DNA from: a virus
Lineage: Duplodnaviria > Caudoviricetes
Virus record (IMG/VR): IMGVR_UViG_3300042010_000129
Location: 64,001 to 128,000 of that record
Strand: one strand, 5' to 3'
Length of the DNA stretch: 64,000 nt
Shown: one piece after another, positions 17,569-27,849 of the stretch
How the letters are laid out: every line of letters starts with the position of its first letter
Numbering within the stretch: position 1 is the stretch's first letter
Made by a program: the position numbers and the translations under genes
The notes under the pieces: generated by a model
What the model was told of the DNA's origin: nothing
The model's database searches: none
The model's input: the letters and a program-made list of their open reading frames with translations, nothing else

Positions 17569-17955
17569 ATGGTTGATAAAACATATCGGTTCTCGGACGT
17601 AAGTCTGTACGCCGAACAAATGCAAAACGCTTTGGTATTTGACGAAGATTCCGTCAACCAAAACATCCTGATGATTCTGGCTACACCGATTCGCAGTGCA
17701 TGGTTTAACCCGTCGATTGGCTGCTTGATTCCTGAATACCTTTTTGATCCGGTGGACGAATACACCGCTGACAAAATCAAAGACGAAATCATTAGCGTAT
17801 TGCCGCGCAATTTTGAAACCCGTGTGATTGTTACCGGGTGCATTGTTGTGCCGATGCCTGATGATGGGCTGTTCTACGTCACCATCCAATACGATGCGCC
17901 CGACCTGAACAAAACCAAAATCGTTTTCAACTTTAACTTGGGCCGGACATTATGA
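17569..17955 (+). CDS. Baseplate wedge protein, gp25-like
   Basis: DEDSVNQNILMILATPIRSAWFNPSIGCLIPEYLFDP..ETRV matches the gp25/GPW pattern; position after PAAR. Confidence 0.9.
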   Translation: MVDKTYRFSDVSLYAEQMQNALVFDEDSVNQNILMILATPIRSAWFNPSIGCLIPEYLFDPVDEYTADKIKDEIISVLPRNFETRVIVTGCIVVPMPDDGLFYVTIQYDAPDLNKTKIVFNFNLGRTL

Positions 17956-19415
17956 GTGAACGTGACGCTTTTCCTACATCGGTCGTTGACCTCGACGAAT
18001 CTGCACTTTTCTTTGCAGAAAAATTGCGTGAAACCGGCGTGTGGGATGACATGCTGCCGACGAACGTTGGTGCATTCATTCAGCGTATTTTTGCGGGTTC
18101 TGCTGTCGGCCACCAACACGGTATCCACACCGCCGCACGTAACGCGTTTTTCGGAACTGCGCAGCGGGATTCCTCGATCTACGCATTGACTCGCGGCCAC
18201 GGTGTTTTCATGGAACGTCGGGCCGGTGCGTCGGTGACTGTGCGCATGCGTAACGGTTATCCGAACACAATGTTTGTGCCGCCTTTCAGCCAGCACGTTG
18301 TGGACAGCACGCCGTTTTATAATCCGGCGCAATATTACGTTGTTTCCGGACAGACCACCGATATCATCCTGACGCAGGGCGTTATCAAAACCAAAACGTT
18401 CGACCTCGACGCGATTCCAAATCTCGACCTGTTTGAATTCCTTTTGGGCGAACCGGGTTTCAATGTCAGCACCGATCTTTATGTGACGACCACTGATAAA
18501 AACACCGGCAACCAACGCACGTGGGAACCAACGGAACGCGGCCTGTACGAATACACGGCTGACGATTACGTTTATTTCCATAGCACTACGGCCAGCGGCG
18601 ACGTGTCGTTGATTTTCGGCACTGGTGAATACGGCGCGAAATTGCCGACTAAAACCACGCTGACAATTCGCTACGTTGTGAACGAAGGCACGAAGCACAA
18701 TGCGAAACTGCCGGGCATTCGCACCAGCTACATCGCCAGCCCAATGATTCAAGGCGAAACGCTGGAAACTACCAGTGGCGGCGCCGATCCAAAAACCGCA
18801 GCGTACTACCGCACTTATGCGCCGGTTCTTTACCGGGCAAAAGATAAGTGGATTTCCGTTGAAGAAATTGCGGCGGGTATTCGGAAATATCCGGGCGTTG
18901 CTGACTGCGCAGTTTTGGGCCAGCGTGATATCGCACCAGAAGATAAAACGTGGATGAACACAATCCGCGTTTGTGTGCTTCCGGAAAACACCGATAACTG
19001 GGGCGGATCGAATCCAAATCCTAAATCGGCAAGCTGGCAACAATTCGTCACGTGGCTGCAACCGAAACTGCATGGCTCGCTCGAAGTGCAGGCGTGGAAC
19101 CCTAGCCAAGTGCTGGTGAAAGTTCAGGTGCAAATTGCGTTCTTCAGTTGGGCTGCACCGAACGTAGAAAACTTGATGCAACAAATCGAAGAACGGATTT
19201 ACGCACTGTTCAAAAAACGTCACGGAATTCTCAAACGTCGCGTGTCGAAATCCGACATTGAAAAGGCCTGCCGTCTGCCGACCGGTGAAGTGGATTACAT
19301 CGAAGTTCTGTCGCCAATTGAGCGGTCGATTGTTTTGGAAGATCCGACTTCCTATTGCGTGTTGGCTGAAAAGCCTTTGCTGATTCCTGTGATTTCGGAG
19401 CGTGTGGATGAATAA
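17952..19415 (+). CDS. Baseplate wedge protein, gp6/baseplate-J-like
   Basis: AFFGTAQRDSSIYAL, LIFGTGEYG, YVVNEG, SGGADP and PVLYRAKDKW.S.EE follow the gp6/J pattern. Confidence 0.85.
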   Translation: MSERDAFPTSVVDLDESALFFAEKLRETGVWDDMLPTNVGAFIQRIFAGSAVGHQHGIHTAARNAFFGTAQRDSSIYALTRGHGVFMERRAGASVTVRMRNGYPNTMFVPPFSQHVVDSTPFYNPAQYYVVSGQTTDIILTQGVIKTKTFDLDAIPNLDLFEFLLGEPGFNVSTDLYVTTTDKNTGNQRTWEPTERGLYEYTADDYVYFHSTTASGDVSLIFGTGEYGAKLPTKTTLTIRYVVNEGTKHNAKLPGIRTSYIASPMIQGETLETTSGGADPKTAAYYRTYAPVLYRAKDKWISVEEIAAGIRKYPGVADCAVLGQRDIAPEDKTWMNTIRVCVLPENTDNWGGSNPNPKSASWQQFVTWLQPKLHGSLEVQAWNPSQVLVKVQVQIAFFSWAAPNVENLMQQIEERIYALFKKRHGILKRRVSKSDIEKACRLPTGEVDYIEVLSPIERSIVLEDPTSYCVLAEKPLLIPVISERVDE

Positions 19416-22400
19416 GATTGATTTTTCCGAATTGGATGTTGAATTCATCCGTTCGGAACCATTGTGGGGCGCCTTTCTCGAAGCCGTGCAGGAATTCCTG
19501 ACGGCGCAAGTTCGTGACCCGTTGTCGCAGGTAATGGATATTCGCGATATCAAGGCCACGACGCCGCTTGTGTTTGTTAAACAGGCGTTGAAAGACCTCG
19601 GAATTACCCTGCCGCCCGATATGATTGTTGACCCGGAACGTTTGTACAATTCCATGTACATGATTCCGCTTCTGCACCAAGTCACCGGCCTCGAATCTGC
19701 CACGCGAATGATTGCCTACATCTTGGGCCGTCGCGTGGTTTCGCGTGACCTCTACACCGAGGATTACATTTCGTTTTATGAGGAACCGTTGGGCGCTCTG
19801 CGTATCGACGGTGGCACGTGGTACAAAACAACGCACATCAATCTGGAAATGCAGAAAGTTCCTGCTGACCAGCGCATCACTTTGCCTACCGGCACAACGC
19901 TGAAAGATCGTTTTCTTTCGGCGTTTTTCTCGTTGGCGCCCGTGAACCTCGTTATCGACCAATTCTTTTTCAGCATTGAAATCGAAAACATGGATGATTT
20001 CGCGATTCAAGGTGTGGTGTATCGCCAGCCAATGCGCCGCCTGATTTGTGATGCGGATTATTCGTTGGATTCTGCTGTGTTTGCAATCGACGGCCCGGAC
20101 ACCGTGAACACCGGGGAATCGGCAAGCTATCGCCTGATCACCAAGGGCCAAGAATTCGAATCGAACGAATGGACTTCCACGCATCCCGGTTTGGTTTCGG
20201 TTAAACAGGGACACGCGACGTTCTCCGGATTTCAACAGGATACTTTGATTACTTTGCAGGCCACCATTCGCGGCCAAATCGTCACCAAAAACGTGACGGT
20301 TAAAATGGGCATGCAAGATATTCGAATGCTGGTTATCGACGGCCCGGATGAAATCCTTTCGACGCAATCCGGCGATTATCGTGTGGTGGTTTATCACTCG
20401 ACGGGCAACGACGTTATTCCGGTTGACCTGAAAGTTTTGAGTCCTTACGCGTATTTCGTGGGCAGCACTTTGCACGGTCGTAACCTGACTGAGGATCAAG
20501 AAGTTTTGGTCAGTTGCAAAGTCGTAATCAATGGCATTTCTTACGCGGCTTCCAAGCACGTGAAAATGCGTTTCGTTGATCCGAATGTGCATCTGATCGG
20601 CCTCAGTATTTCCGGTGCGAACCGTTTGAAAGAGGGAACGGCCAGCCAGCTTTATGCGACTGCGTTTTTCTCTGACGGTAGCAGCGCCGATGTATTGTCT
20701 AACTGGGGTTCGAGTTCGCCTGTCGTTGCAATTGATAACGGGCTGGCTTCGACGATGTTGGTAAACGGCGAAACCGATGTGGAAATCACCGCTGAATATG
20801 GTTTCCGTCAAATCGTAATGACCGCGCAGCACGAAGCCACGGTTTATCCTGAATTCCTGCAACAGGCGTCACTTTCGATCATCGGCCCAACGCTGGTTAG
20901 CGAAATGGAACGTGCGCAATATACCTGTCTGGCAATTATGTCTGACGGCACTTCGACCACCGTTGTTCCTGAATGGTTTGTAACGGAATTTCAAATCAGT
21001 CCTACCGGTGTTTTCACAGCCGGTTATGTGGACGATCAAATCAACATGGAAGTGCGCGCACAATACGGCGGAATGACTCAAATTCTTCCGATCACCGTAG
21101 AACGCCCACCGGTCACGCTGCAACAATTGCTGATCGTTGGCCCCGACACGGTAAAAGAAGGAAATATCAATCGCTACGAAGCTTTTGCACAATACACAGA
21201 CGGGCACATTGTACCAATCGAACCGATTTGGACTCTGAACCCTGTAATGGATTGGGCGACGTTGATCGACGGCGAATTGCTGATTGATACGCCAGAAGAA
21301 CCGCTGATCAATATGCAGGTTTCTTATGCAGAGGGTACGCGGGTTTATCAGCAGACAAAAACAATTGTTTGCATCGGTGCAACGAACAGCATTCAAGGCC
21401 TGATGATCACCGGCCCGAACGAAGTAAATGCACTGGATCGAATTGTTCTCACGGCAACCGCGATGTATGAGGATGGTTCTTTTGCAACGGTGCATCCGCA
21501 GTGGGAAGTTTTCACGCTCGACGTTAACGCGGAATTCATTGCTGCTGACATTGCAGGTTACGGCGTCGTTACCGGGCGCAACGTTGATTTCGATATGCCG
21601 GTGACTGTGCGTGCGACGTACTTCCAAGAAACCGCAGAATATACGGTGCTGGTGAAATACGTTGCGACCAAAGGCCCCGACGTTCCTGTCAGCAGTCGCA
21701 TTATCGGTAACGCAGTTATTTATTCGACGCAAATTGCATCGTTTAGTCAGGCAATTCTGTTTAAACAATGCACGAATGAATTGCTCGTTTCTTCCGATTG
21801 GACTGTCGATAATCCGAACGTCGTTGTTGATGAAAACGGATTCGTTACCTGCAAACTGAATCAGGATATGACGTTCACAATTACTGCCGTTTGGTCGTGT
21901 GGCGGATACACCGTTACCGATTCCATGGCGGTGACAGTTGTTCCGGTTGATGCTGCATATATCGGCCTTGGAATTACTGGCCCCGACACGATTCAAATCG
22001 GGGTAAAAGAACGTTACTCGGCTGAAGCGTACACGCCTGATTCTGGAATCGTTGCGGGCCAAGGTGTGCCAGTCACGCCGAAATGGCAAATCATTACGGA
22101 CAGTCTGAATATTCACATGTTCGACGATGGTCAGGTGATGGTGCAAAACGCCGTAGTGAATCAGACGTTCACAATCAGCGGTGAATTCCAGTTCGAAAAC
22201 ACGATTGTAACCGGAACAAAAACGGTGCGTGTGTTGGGTAGCGGGCCAATCTATTGCACAGGCCAAGAAGAAACCGTAGATTTCTCTACGTTGTTCTCGA
22301 AAAGCATCATGATTTCCGAACAGCAGTTCCGCGATGATTTCGTGGGTTACGGTTACATGATGGTGCCAACTGTTTTCGGCCCCGTGAAGTTTTACGACGC

Positions 22401-22557
22401 GGTGACAAATACCGAAGGCGGATGGGGCGGGCCTGATGGTTCGAATATTCCAGCCATTCACAAAGAAACAGCCAATGGCGTCGAAGTCAGCTGGTACGTG
22501 TATCGCACAATCGGTCACGACCTCGGCCAGAAGTCCTACAGGATTACATTCGGATGA
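19408..22557 (+). CDS. Baseplate wedge protein (gp7/P2-I-like N-terminus) extended by ~8 Ig-like repeats and a C-terminal tip module
   Basis: Follows the gp6-like gene; repeated I-x-G-P-[DN]-x-V..Y-x-A...DG....V...W units; GGAG 7 nt before the ATG at 19408. Confidence 0.75.
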   Translation: MNKIDFSELDVEFIRSEPLWGAFLEAVQEFLTAQVRDPLSQVMDIRDIKATTPLVFVKQALKDLGITLPPDMIVDPERLYNSMYMIPLLHQVTGLESATRMIAYILGRRVVSRDLYTEDYISFYEEPLGALRIDGGTWYKTTHINLEMQKVPADQRITLPTGTTLKDRFLSAFFSLAPVNLVIDQFFFSIEIENMDDFAIQGVVYRQPMRRLICDADYSLDSAVFAIDGPDTVNTGESASYRLITKGQEFESNEWTSTHPGLVSVKQGHATFSGFQQDTLITLQATIRGQIVTKNVTVKMGMQDIRMLVIDGPDEILSTQSGDYRVVVYHSTGNDVIPVDLKVLSPYAYFVGSTLHGRNLTEDQEVLVSCKVVINGISYAASKHVKMRFVDPNVHLIGLSISGANRLKEGTASQLYATAFFSDGSSADVLSNWGSSSPVVAIDNGLASTMLVNGETDVEITAEYGFRQIVMTAQHEATVYPEFLQQASLSIIGPTLVSEMERAQYTCLAIMSDGTSTTVVPEWFVTEFQISPTGVFTAGYVDDQINMEVRAQYGGMTQILPITVERPPVTLQQLLIVGPDTVKEGNINRYEAFAQYTDGHIVPIEPIWTLNPVMDWATLIDGELLIDTPEEPLINMQVSYAEGTRVYQQTKTIVCIGATNSIQGLMITGPNEVNALDRIVLTATAMYEDGSFATVHPQWEVFTLDVNAEFIAADIAGYGVVTGRNVDFDMPVTVRATYFQETAEYTVLVKYVATKGPDVPVSSRIIGNAVIYSTQIASFSQAILFKQCTNELLVSSDWTVDNPNVVVDENGFVTCKLNQDMTFTITAVWSCGGYTVTDSMAVTVVPVDAAYIGLGITGPDTIQIGVKERYSAEAYTPDSGIVAGQGVPVTPKWQIITDSLNIHMFDDGQVMVQNAVVNQTFTISGEFQFENTIVTGTKTVRVLGSGPIYCTGQEETVDFSTLFSKSIMISEQQFRDDFVGYGYMMVPTVFGPVKFYDAVTNTEGGWGGPDGSNIPAIHKETANGVEVSWYVYRTIGHDLGQKSYRITFG
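20080..22240 (+). repeat. Eight tandem ~90 aa Ig-like (Big_2-like) protein repeats
   Basis: Repeat starts FAIDGPD, LVIDGPD, LSISGAN, LSIIGPT, LLIVGPD, LMITGPN, SRIIGNA, LGITGPD. Confidence 0.75.
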
Positions 22558-24005
22558 TTGCAAATACTCCAAATCTTCGGTTTGTTAAACCGTTGTCGAA
22601 ATATATGCAGCTGCGCATTCGAATGTTTGGGCGCCAGCGCTTCGCAAAAACCTATTCGGTAACAGGTTCTAACCTGAATTCCGTAACGCTGCCATTCACG
22701 CCGTGGTCTGCGCAAACGCTTGAGATTTATTTGGATAGCGTGCGCGTTCTAAGTGGCTATAACGTAAACGGGGCGGTGGTTAGTTTTACACCGCCTTTGG
22801 CTGGTCGTCTCGAATTTGTCGATGATGACGAATTGGTGGATACGGGCCTGAAATGGTTGCCCGTTCCACTACCAAACCTTTTGCAATCGAATGACACACA
22901 AAACACCGCATATGGCACGGATCGCCGCGAAGGTCAGCAGATTGCAACGCACGCACAACCGGTATGCATTACACAGGGCGCATTAGGCTTTGCGCGCCCC
23001 AGTCCGGATAATGATCAGTTGCTTTATTGCCCGTATTACGGGATGTATGGCCGCGATTCGATTACCTACGCAATTAAAACGGATCTTGGGCAATTGTCCG
23101 ATTTCCGTTGCATTGATATTCGCGTGCGTGACCCGAATTATATTCCGACCATGCGCCTAGCCTGTTTGTCGTCTGTGAGTAGTCCTGTGCAGGTTGACGG
23201 AAACCTAAAGGATATTGTTCCTAATGGTGCCTATCAAATCTACGCGGATATTCCTACAGGCGGCGGAATTCAATTGCCGAACAAGGATGGCAACGGCCCC
23301 CGCGAATACCATTTCGTTATTCAGGGCGCGGATGAAAACGGCGATTGGTTTGAGCCTGAAGAATACTTCGATCCGGGCACGTTCGAAATCATTGCAGAAA
23401 CGCAACAAGGATTCACTGTTACCTTTATCGGGAACGCAGAGGATTACGGGTTTGCAAACGCCACACGCGTCTCTGTAATGACGGAATTCGACGGTGAAGA
23501 ACTGCCGATTAAACTGCGTTACATGGATACGGATTTGTTGTCGGTGAAAATCGCCAGCAATAAACCGATTCCAATTGAAAGCCTGCCAGTCAGTGTGGCC
23601 GATCCGTTGATTGAACTGGATAACGGCGGGGCCGGAACTGCCGAATGGATTTACAACGACGATTGGATTTCTGATACCGGAATTAACCTCGATATGTTGT
23701 GGGAAAACCCGGTGTTCGAAGAGCGTGACGTTTCTGTCACCATGTCGTTCGGCGTTCAATTCAACAAATACAATCCGCAAACGCAGTTGCCGACGATGCC
23801 TATCCCGTATTCCAAGACTGTAACCGGGAAATTCATTACGGCAGAAGACGTTGCAAATAACGAAGTTGTCCAACCAGAAGATACCCAAGAAACGCTGCTT
23901 ACTGGCCTGTTTTGGGAAACCTCGAATCAATTCTCTCCAGTGTACGAAGGAAATCTCGTATTGAATTCGACATTCGATTGGCAGATTGTGGTTGCGACTC
24001 CATAA
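22554..24005 (+). CDS. Virion/baseplate-associated structural protein with an Ig/cadherin-like (Big_9-like) segment
   Basis: LLYCPYYGMYGRDSITYAI resembles tandem-95/Big_9; lies in the baseplate operon. Confidence 0.65.
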   Translation: MIANTPNLRFVKPLSKYMQLRIRMFGRQRFAKTYSVTGSNLNSVTLPFTPWSAQTLEIYLDSVRVLSGYNVNGAVVSFTPPLAGRLEFVDDDELVDTGLKWLPVPLPNLLQSNDTQNTAYGTDRREGQQIATHAQPVCITQGALGFARPSPDNDQLLYCPYYGMYGRDSITYAIKTDLGQLSDFRCIDIRVRDPNYIPTMRLACLSSVSSPVQVDGNLKDIVPNGAYQIYADIPTGGGIQLPNKDGNGPREYHFVIQGADENGDWFEPEEYFDPGTFEIIAETQQGFTVTFIGNAEDYGFANATRVSVMTEFDGEELPIKLRYMDTDLLSVKIASNKPIPIESLPVSVADPLIELDNGGAGTAEWIYNDDWISDTGINLDMLWENPVFEERDVSVTMSFGVQFNKYNPQTQLPTMPIPYSKTVTGKFITAEDVANNEVVQPEDTQETLLTGLFWETSNQFSPVYEGNLVLNSTFDWQIVVATP

Positions 24006-24065
24006 TTTAAAGGGAAAGGGCATTCTTAAACGGATGCCCAAACTCTTTATAAAGCGGGGAAACAA

Positions 24066-24308
24066 ATGACTGAATTCATCAATCCGCTGACCGTATTGCG
24101 TCAGCAGAAAGAAGCCAAAGCACAACAAATCGCCGTCGCTTCTGCCGCAGAAATGGAAGCGCAGGAATTGGCTACGGCCAGCGCGTTGACGAACGTTGAT
24201 CCGTCGATGTGCCCTAAATGCGGTCGTAGCATGGGGTTCGGTTTTTTGTTTGATCGTACCCGTGTTTACTACTGTGATGTTGATCGCGTTTCGCAGCCGA
24301 TGGAATGA
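24066..24308 (+). CDS. Small protein with a C-terminal Zn-ribbon-like CPKC..YCD motif
   Basis: SD GGGGA upstream; CxxC plus a later Cys. Confidence 0.7.
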   Translation: MTEFINPLTVLRQQKEAKAQQIAVASAAEMEAQELATASALTNVDPSMCPKCGRSMGFGFLFDRTRVYYCDVDRVSQPME

Positions 24309-24313
24309 ATTAA

Positions 24314-26629
24314 ATGACTGATAAGCTGGTTTTACTCGACGCCGGGGAGCAGGCGCTAAATAACGCTAGCGCCGGTGGCATTCTGATTAAACCTGCATCG
24401 TTCCGTATGGGCGATTCGGATTTGTACGCCACCAGTACCCAACACACTGATATCGTCGGCAACTTCATTTGTGGTGGAACAATTCACCACGTAGAAACTT
24501 TGAGTGCCCGCGTTTGCCGTTTCGTTCTGACCATTGATACCCGGCTGCTGACCGAGCCGACTGAAGTAAAAGAAGTTGTTGTTTTCTTCGAAGGAAATGT
24601 CGCTTTTGGCCGTGCTGTTTTTGCCGAAGCGTATATCCTGAATCCAAACGAACCGACTCGCCTTTCTGTTGTGCTGGCAACCAGCCGCGCAGACCTGACC
24701 ACAATCAATGTGAGCGTGGGCGAATATGAGTCGATTCCAAGCACTGCATTTCTTTACCGCTTACCATCCCCTGCGCAAACGGATTTCGCCGCTATTTCTG
24801 TATTGAATGGCAAACGAAATCCTGACGGCACATCCAGCCCTGTAATCGCAACGCGGTACGGGGCAGGTTCGTTTCAGTGGGGTTTCACCGATCACAATCG
24901 GGTATTTAATGGCAAGCCAACTTCTGCCACCAGCACCACGTTTAAAATCAGTAGCTCGCTGCAATGGGCCGCTGACGAACAGGTAATTGTTCACGTTGTG
25001 GCTGGCAGTGGTGAAGGACAAACCCGGCGTTATCGCTGGAACGCAGGCGCCCAAGAATTCCGCGATCCCGATGCACAAGCGTTGCCGAATTTGGCGAATT
25101 CCACGATTGGTATTTGGAAACTCATTACCAGTTCGACCGGTACAGGTTCTGGCCCCGGTGACGGCAATCTGGTTATTCCGCCAACCACGGAAATTCCGCA
25201 AGATTGGGTACTCACTCCCGGTTCTGACGGCACGCTGGTTTGGCAACCGCCGAAAGCTGCTTCGCGTATTATTTCCACGCTTTACACCGGGCCTTCCAAG
25301 CTCGATGTTAACGCCCTGAACTTTATGGGCACTGGCGACATTGCGCGTTACACCACTGGTGAATTGGTCGCAGAAAACGCGAACTACATTTACCCGGCTG
25401 TTGGTTTGACCACGCAGCACCGTTCGGCCTTCCAATTGTCGGCCAGTGAACTGGAATTCGCAGAGAATATTCCGTCGAGTGTTCCAATTGATTTGCGTGT
25501 GTTTACTAAATCACCTTCGACCGGTACGCGTGCAGTTTTCACCACGTTGGAATTCGTCGGTGACGGCCTGCAAGTCGAATATGATTTGGGCCAGTCGGTA
25601 GAAAGCAATTCGCACGTGTTCTGTTTCGTGCAATCCACGCTGCAACCGATCACCACCTACAGCATTGATCAAACGACCAATAAGCTGCGCATGGTGGCCC
25701 CGGTTGAAGCCGGTTTGGATATTGAATTCAAACTGCTTTCGTACATTCAGGAAACCGGCTACAGCACGCGGATCGTCACGAAGACTTACAGCATTCAGGG
25801 CGAGACTTATTTCCTGAAATTGCCGACCAGTCCGCAATCCATCGAACAGGTTTTTGTAAGCCAGTCCGGTGCGCACATTCATGAGAAAAACTTCAGCCTG
25901 ATCGACGACGCGTTGGTGTTCACCGCAACACTCGAACCAGACGTAGAAGTTGAAGTGATGGTATTCGAAAATATCCAAAGCCAAGGATCGGAACAAACCG
26001 GTTTGAACGGCATTGTGATTGACGGATATGTTTCGCACAAAAACCTCACGCTGTTGCGTCACAATGCGCCGCCTGTAGAGCTTCCAATTCCAGCGCCGAA
26101 AATCGCGGTTGGTGATGGCCTGACCATCGACAATTCGACAGGCACTGCAATGATTTCTTTGAACGAAGATGCATTTCCGTCGCTGCGCAAATCGCGTTCG
26201 TGGTCGGTTGAACAATCGTTTAAAGTGGCGAGTGGTGCAGCGGCTCAAACCATTACCCTGACGCAGGGCCAAGCGTCGATGTATGTTGTGCATGTGGATT
26301 TCATTGCGAAACTCGGCCCCGGTTATCAGTCGGCAGAAGGAACGGAAAATATCGAGTTTGTTGTCGGTGTTCGTTCTACGCAATCTGTTGAACCTGATTT
26401 CGGTCGTCAGATTCGCGGTACAGGCACAGCCGGTGTGATTGCCAACAATGCGAAGGGCGGCACGGCTTATGCTAACGCCAGCTTTACGCAAATCTTTAAA
26501 ATTGACCCGGCGAATCACAGCGCAGAAACAATCGACCTCGTTGCAAAAATGCGCGTGAACAATGCGAACACTGCACAATTTGGTGTGCTGCTTTCGATCA
26601 ACCTGAATATTATCGAGATTCCAATATGA
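24314..26629 (+). CDS. Baseplate/tail-fibre attachment protein (tail-collar DUF3751-like N-terminus, repeated beta modules)
   Basis: LLDAGEQAL...FRMGDS N-terminus typical of fibre-anchor domains; repeated F.GDG...Y.L / V.V.Q.G....Y modules. Confidence 0.65.
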   Translation: MTDKLVLLDAGEQALNNASAGGILIKPASFRMGDSDLYATSTQHTDIVGNFICGGTIHHVETLSARVCRFVLTIDTRLLTEPTEVKEVVVFFEGNVAFGRAVFAEAYILNPNEPTRLSVVLATSRADLTTINVSVGEYESIPSTAFLYRLPSPAQTDFAAISVLNGKRNPDGTSSPVIATRYGAGSFQWGFTDHNRVFNGKPTSATSTTFKISSSLQWAADEQVIVHVVAGSGEGQTRRYRWNAGAQEFRDPDAQALPNLANSTIGIWKLITSSTGTGSGPGDGNLVIPPTTEIPQDWVLTPGSDGTLVWQPPKAASRIISTLYTGPSKLDVNALNFMGTGDIARYTTGELVAENANYIYPAVGLTTQHRSAFQLSASELEFAENIPSSVPIDLRVFTKSPSTGTRAVFTTLEFVGDGLQVEYDLGQSVESNSHVFCFVQSTLQPITTYSIDQTTNKLRMVAPVEAGLDIEFKLLSYIQETGYSTRIVTKTYSIQGETYFLKLPTSPQSIEQVFVSQSGAHIHEKNFSLIDDALVFTATLEPDVEVEVMVFENIQSQGSEQTGLNGIVIDGYVSHKNLTLLRHNAPPVELPIPAPKIAVGDGLTIDNSTGTAMISLNEDAFPSLRKSRSWSVEQSFKVASGAAAQTITLTQGQASMYVVHVDFIAKLGPGYQSAEGTENIEFVVGVRSTQSVEPDFGRQIRGTGTAGVIANNAKGGTAYANASFTQIFKIDPANHSAETIDLVAKMRVNNANTAQFGVLLSINLNIIEIPI

Positions 26630-27045
26630 GGCACTGGGTCGTCAACGGCGCTTTGCGAAAAGGTGATTGTGTAGAAGGTGGCGTGGAAATCAGCGAAGAA
26701 CAATATCGTTATTTCCTCGACAATTATGAGCTTCTCACAATCGAAGTCGTAGACGGCAAGGTGCGCACCCGTGTTGATATGGTTGCGTATCGGCGGGCCG
26801 CTCTTGCGAGACTTGAAAACGTGAATTACATCGTCGTGGACAACAGGAAATATTTCGACGATGAACTTCCGTATTTGAGTGGGGATTATTTCCTGCGCAG
26901 CGGTGGCCCTTGCCTACTCACAAAGGAACAGATGATTAAAAAGGTGACGGAAAGAAATCGTGATTACACCATGCGGCGTTCGGGCATCCAAACTGCTAAA
27001 ACGCCTGAAGAGGTGGATGGGTATCTGATATGTCGAATGACTTAA
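26626..27045 (+). CDS. Tail fibre assembly chaperone-like protein
   Basis: GVEISEEQYRYFL N-terminal pattern of Tfa-like chaperones; directly after a fibre gene. Confidence 0.5.
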   Translation: MRHWVVNGALRKGDCVEGGVEISEEQYRYFLDNYELLTIEVVDGKVRTRVDMVAYRRAALARLENVNYIVVDNRKYFDDELPYLSGDYFLRSGGPCLLTKEQMIKKVTERNRDYTMRRSGIQTAKTPEEVDGYLICRMT

Positions 27046-27830
27046 CGATTGCGGTACTGGATAATAAATCGGTATCGGTTCCAATTGGTAGAACAGTCCT
27101 GACGAACATCAAACGTCAGAACTCGCTGAAAGTTCAAAGTGCAATGACCGGCACTGAAGTTGTGGCCCCGAATTACACGGCTATCGACGCACCCGGTTAT
27201 GACGGCGAACAGGCATACCGAACCGATGCCGATGTGGTTTATTTCGATACGCCGGTAGACCGTGACGCGCTGCGCATTGCGGAAATTGTCTTCGATGACA
27301 AAACTGGTGTGCTGACTTTTTATCGCAAAAACGGATCGCATTTCGAAGTAACTTCTTTTCTGCGTCAAATTGATTTCGGTGTTGGGCCAGCTGGCACGCG
27401 TGGTGATCCGGGTAAAGACGGAACCATGGGCGACGACGGAATTGATGGAAAAGACGGTGAAACGGGATGCGCCGGATTGCAGGGAATTGAAGGGCGTCCC
27501 GGCCCTGTCGGTGATCCGGGGAAAGAGGGCGAAGTGGGCAGCGCCGGGCCGTATGGTGCATTAGGCCCCACAGGCCCACGCGGTGATATTGGCGCAATGG
27601 GTGTGCCCGGTTTCGAAGGTAAACGCGGATTGTGTGGATTCAGTTGTCCAACTACTTCGCGTGGCCCGTGCGGCCCTCAAGGTAAAACCATGAACGGTTA
27701 TGTTCAGACCGGCCCTTATCCGAAAAATAACGATTTGATTTGGGCCGCTGCTGAAGACTGCATGGAACCACGTTGCCCCGCAACCTTTGACCTGACCGAC
27801 GTAGGCACCCGACCAGTGTCGTATGTGTAA
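27030..27830 (+). CDS. Collagen-like fibre stalk 1 (266 aa)
   Basis: About 30 Gly-X-Y triplets preceded by FDDKTGVLTFYRKNG. Confidence 0.85.
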   Translation: MSNDLTIAVLDNKSVSVPIGRTVLTNIKRQNSLKVQSAMTGTEVVAPNYTAIDAPGYDGEQAYRTDADVVYFDTPVDRDALRIAEIVFDDKTGVLTFYRKNGSHFEVTSFLRQIDFGVGPAGTRGDPGKDGTMGDDGIDGKDGETGCAGLQGIEGRPGPVGDPGKEGEVGSAGPYGALGPTGPRGDIGAMGVPGFEGKRGLCGFSCPTTSRGPCGPQGKTMNGYVQTGPYPKNNDLIWAAAEDCMEPRCPATFDLTDVGTRPVSYV

Positions 27831-27849
27831 CGAATTGAAGGGATAAAAA

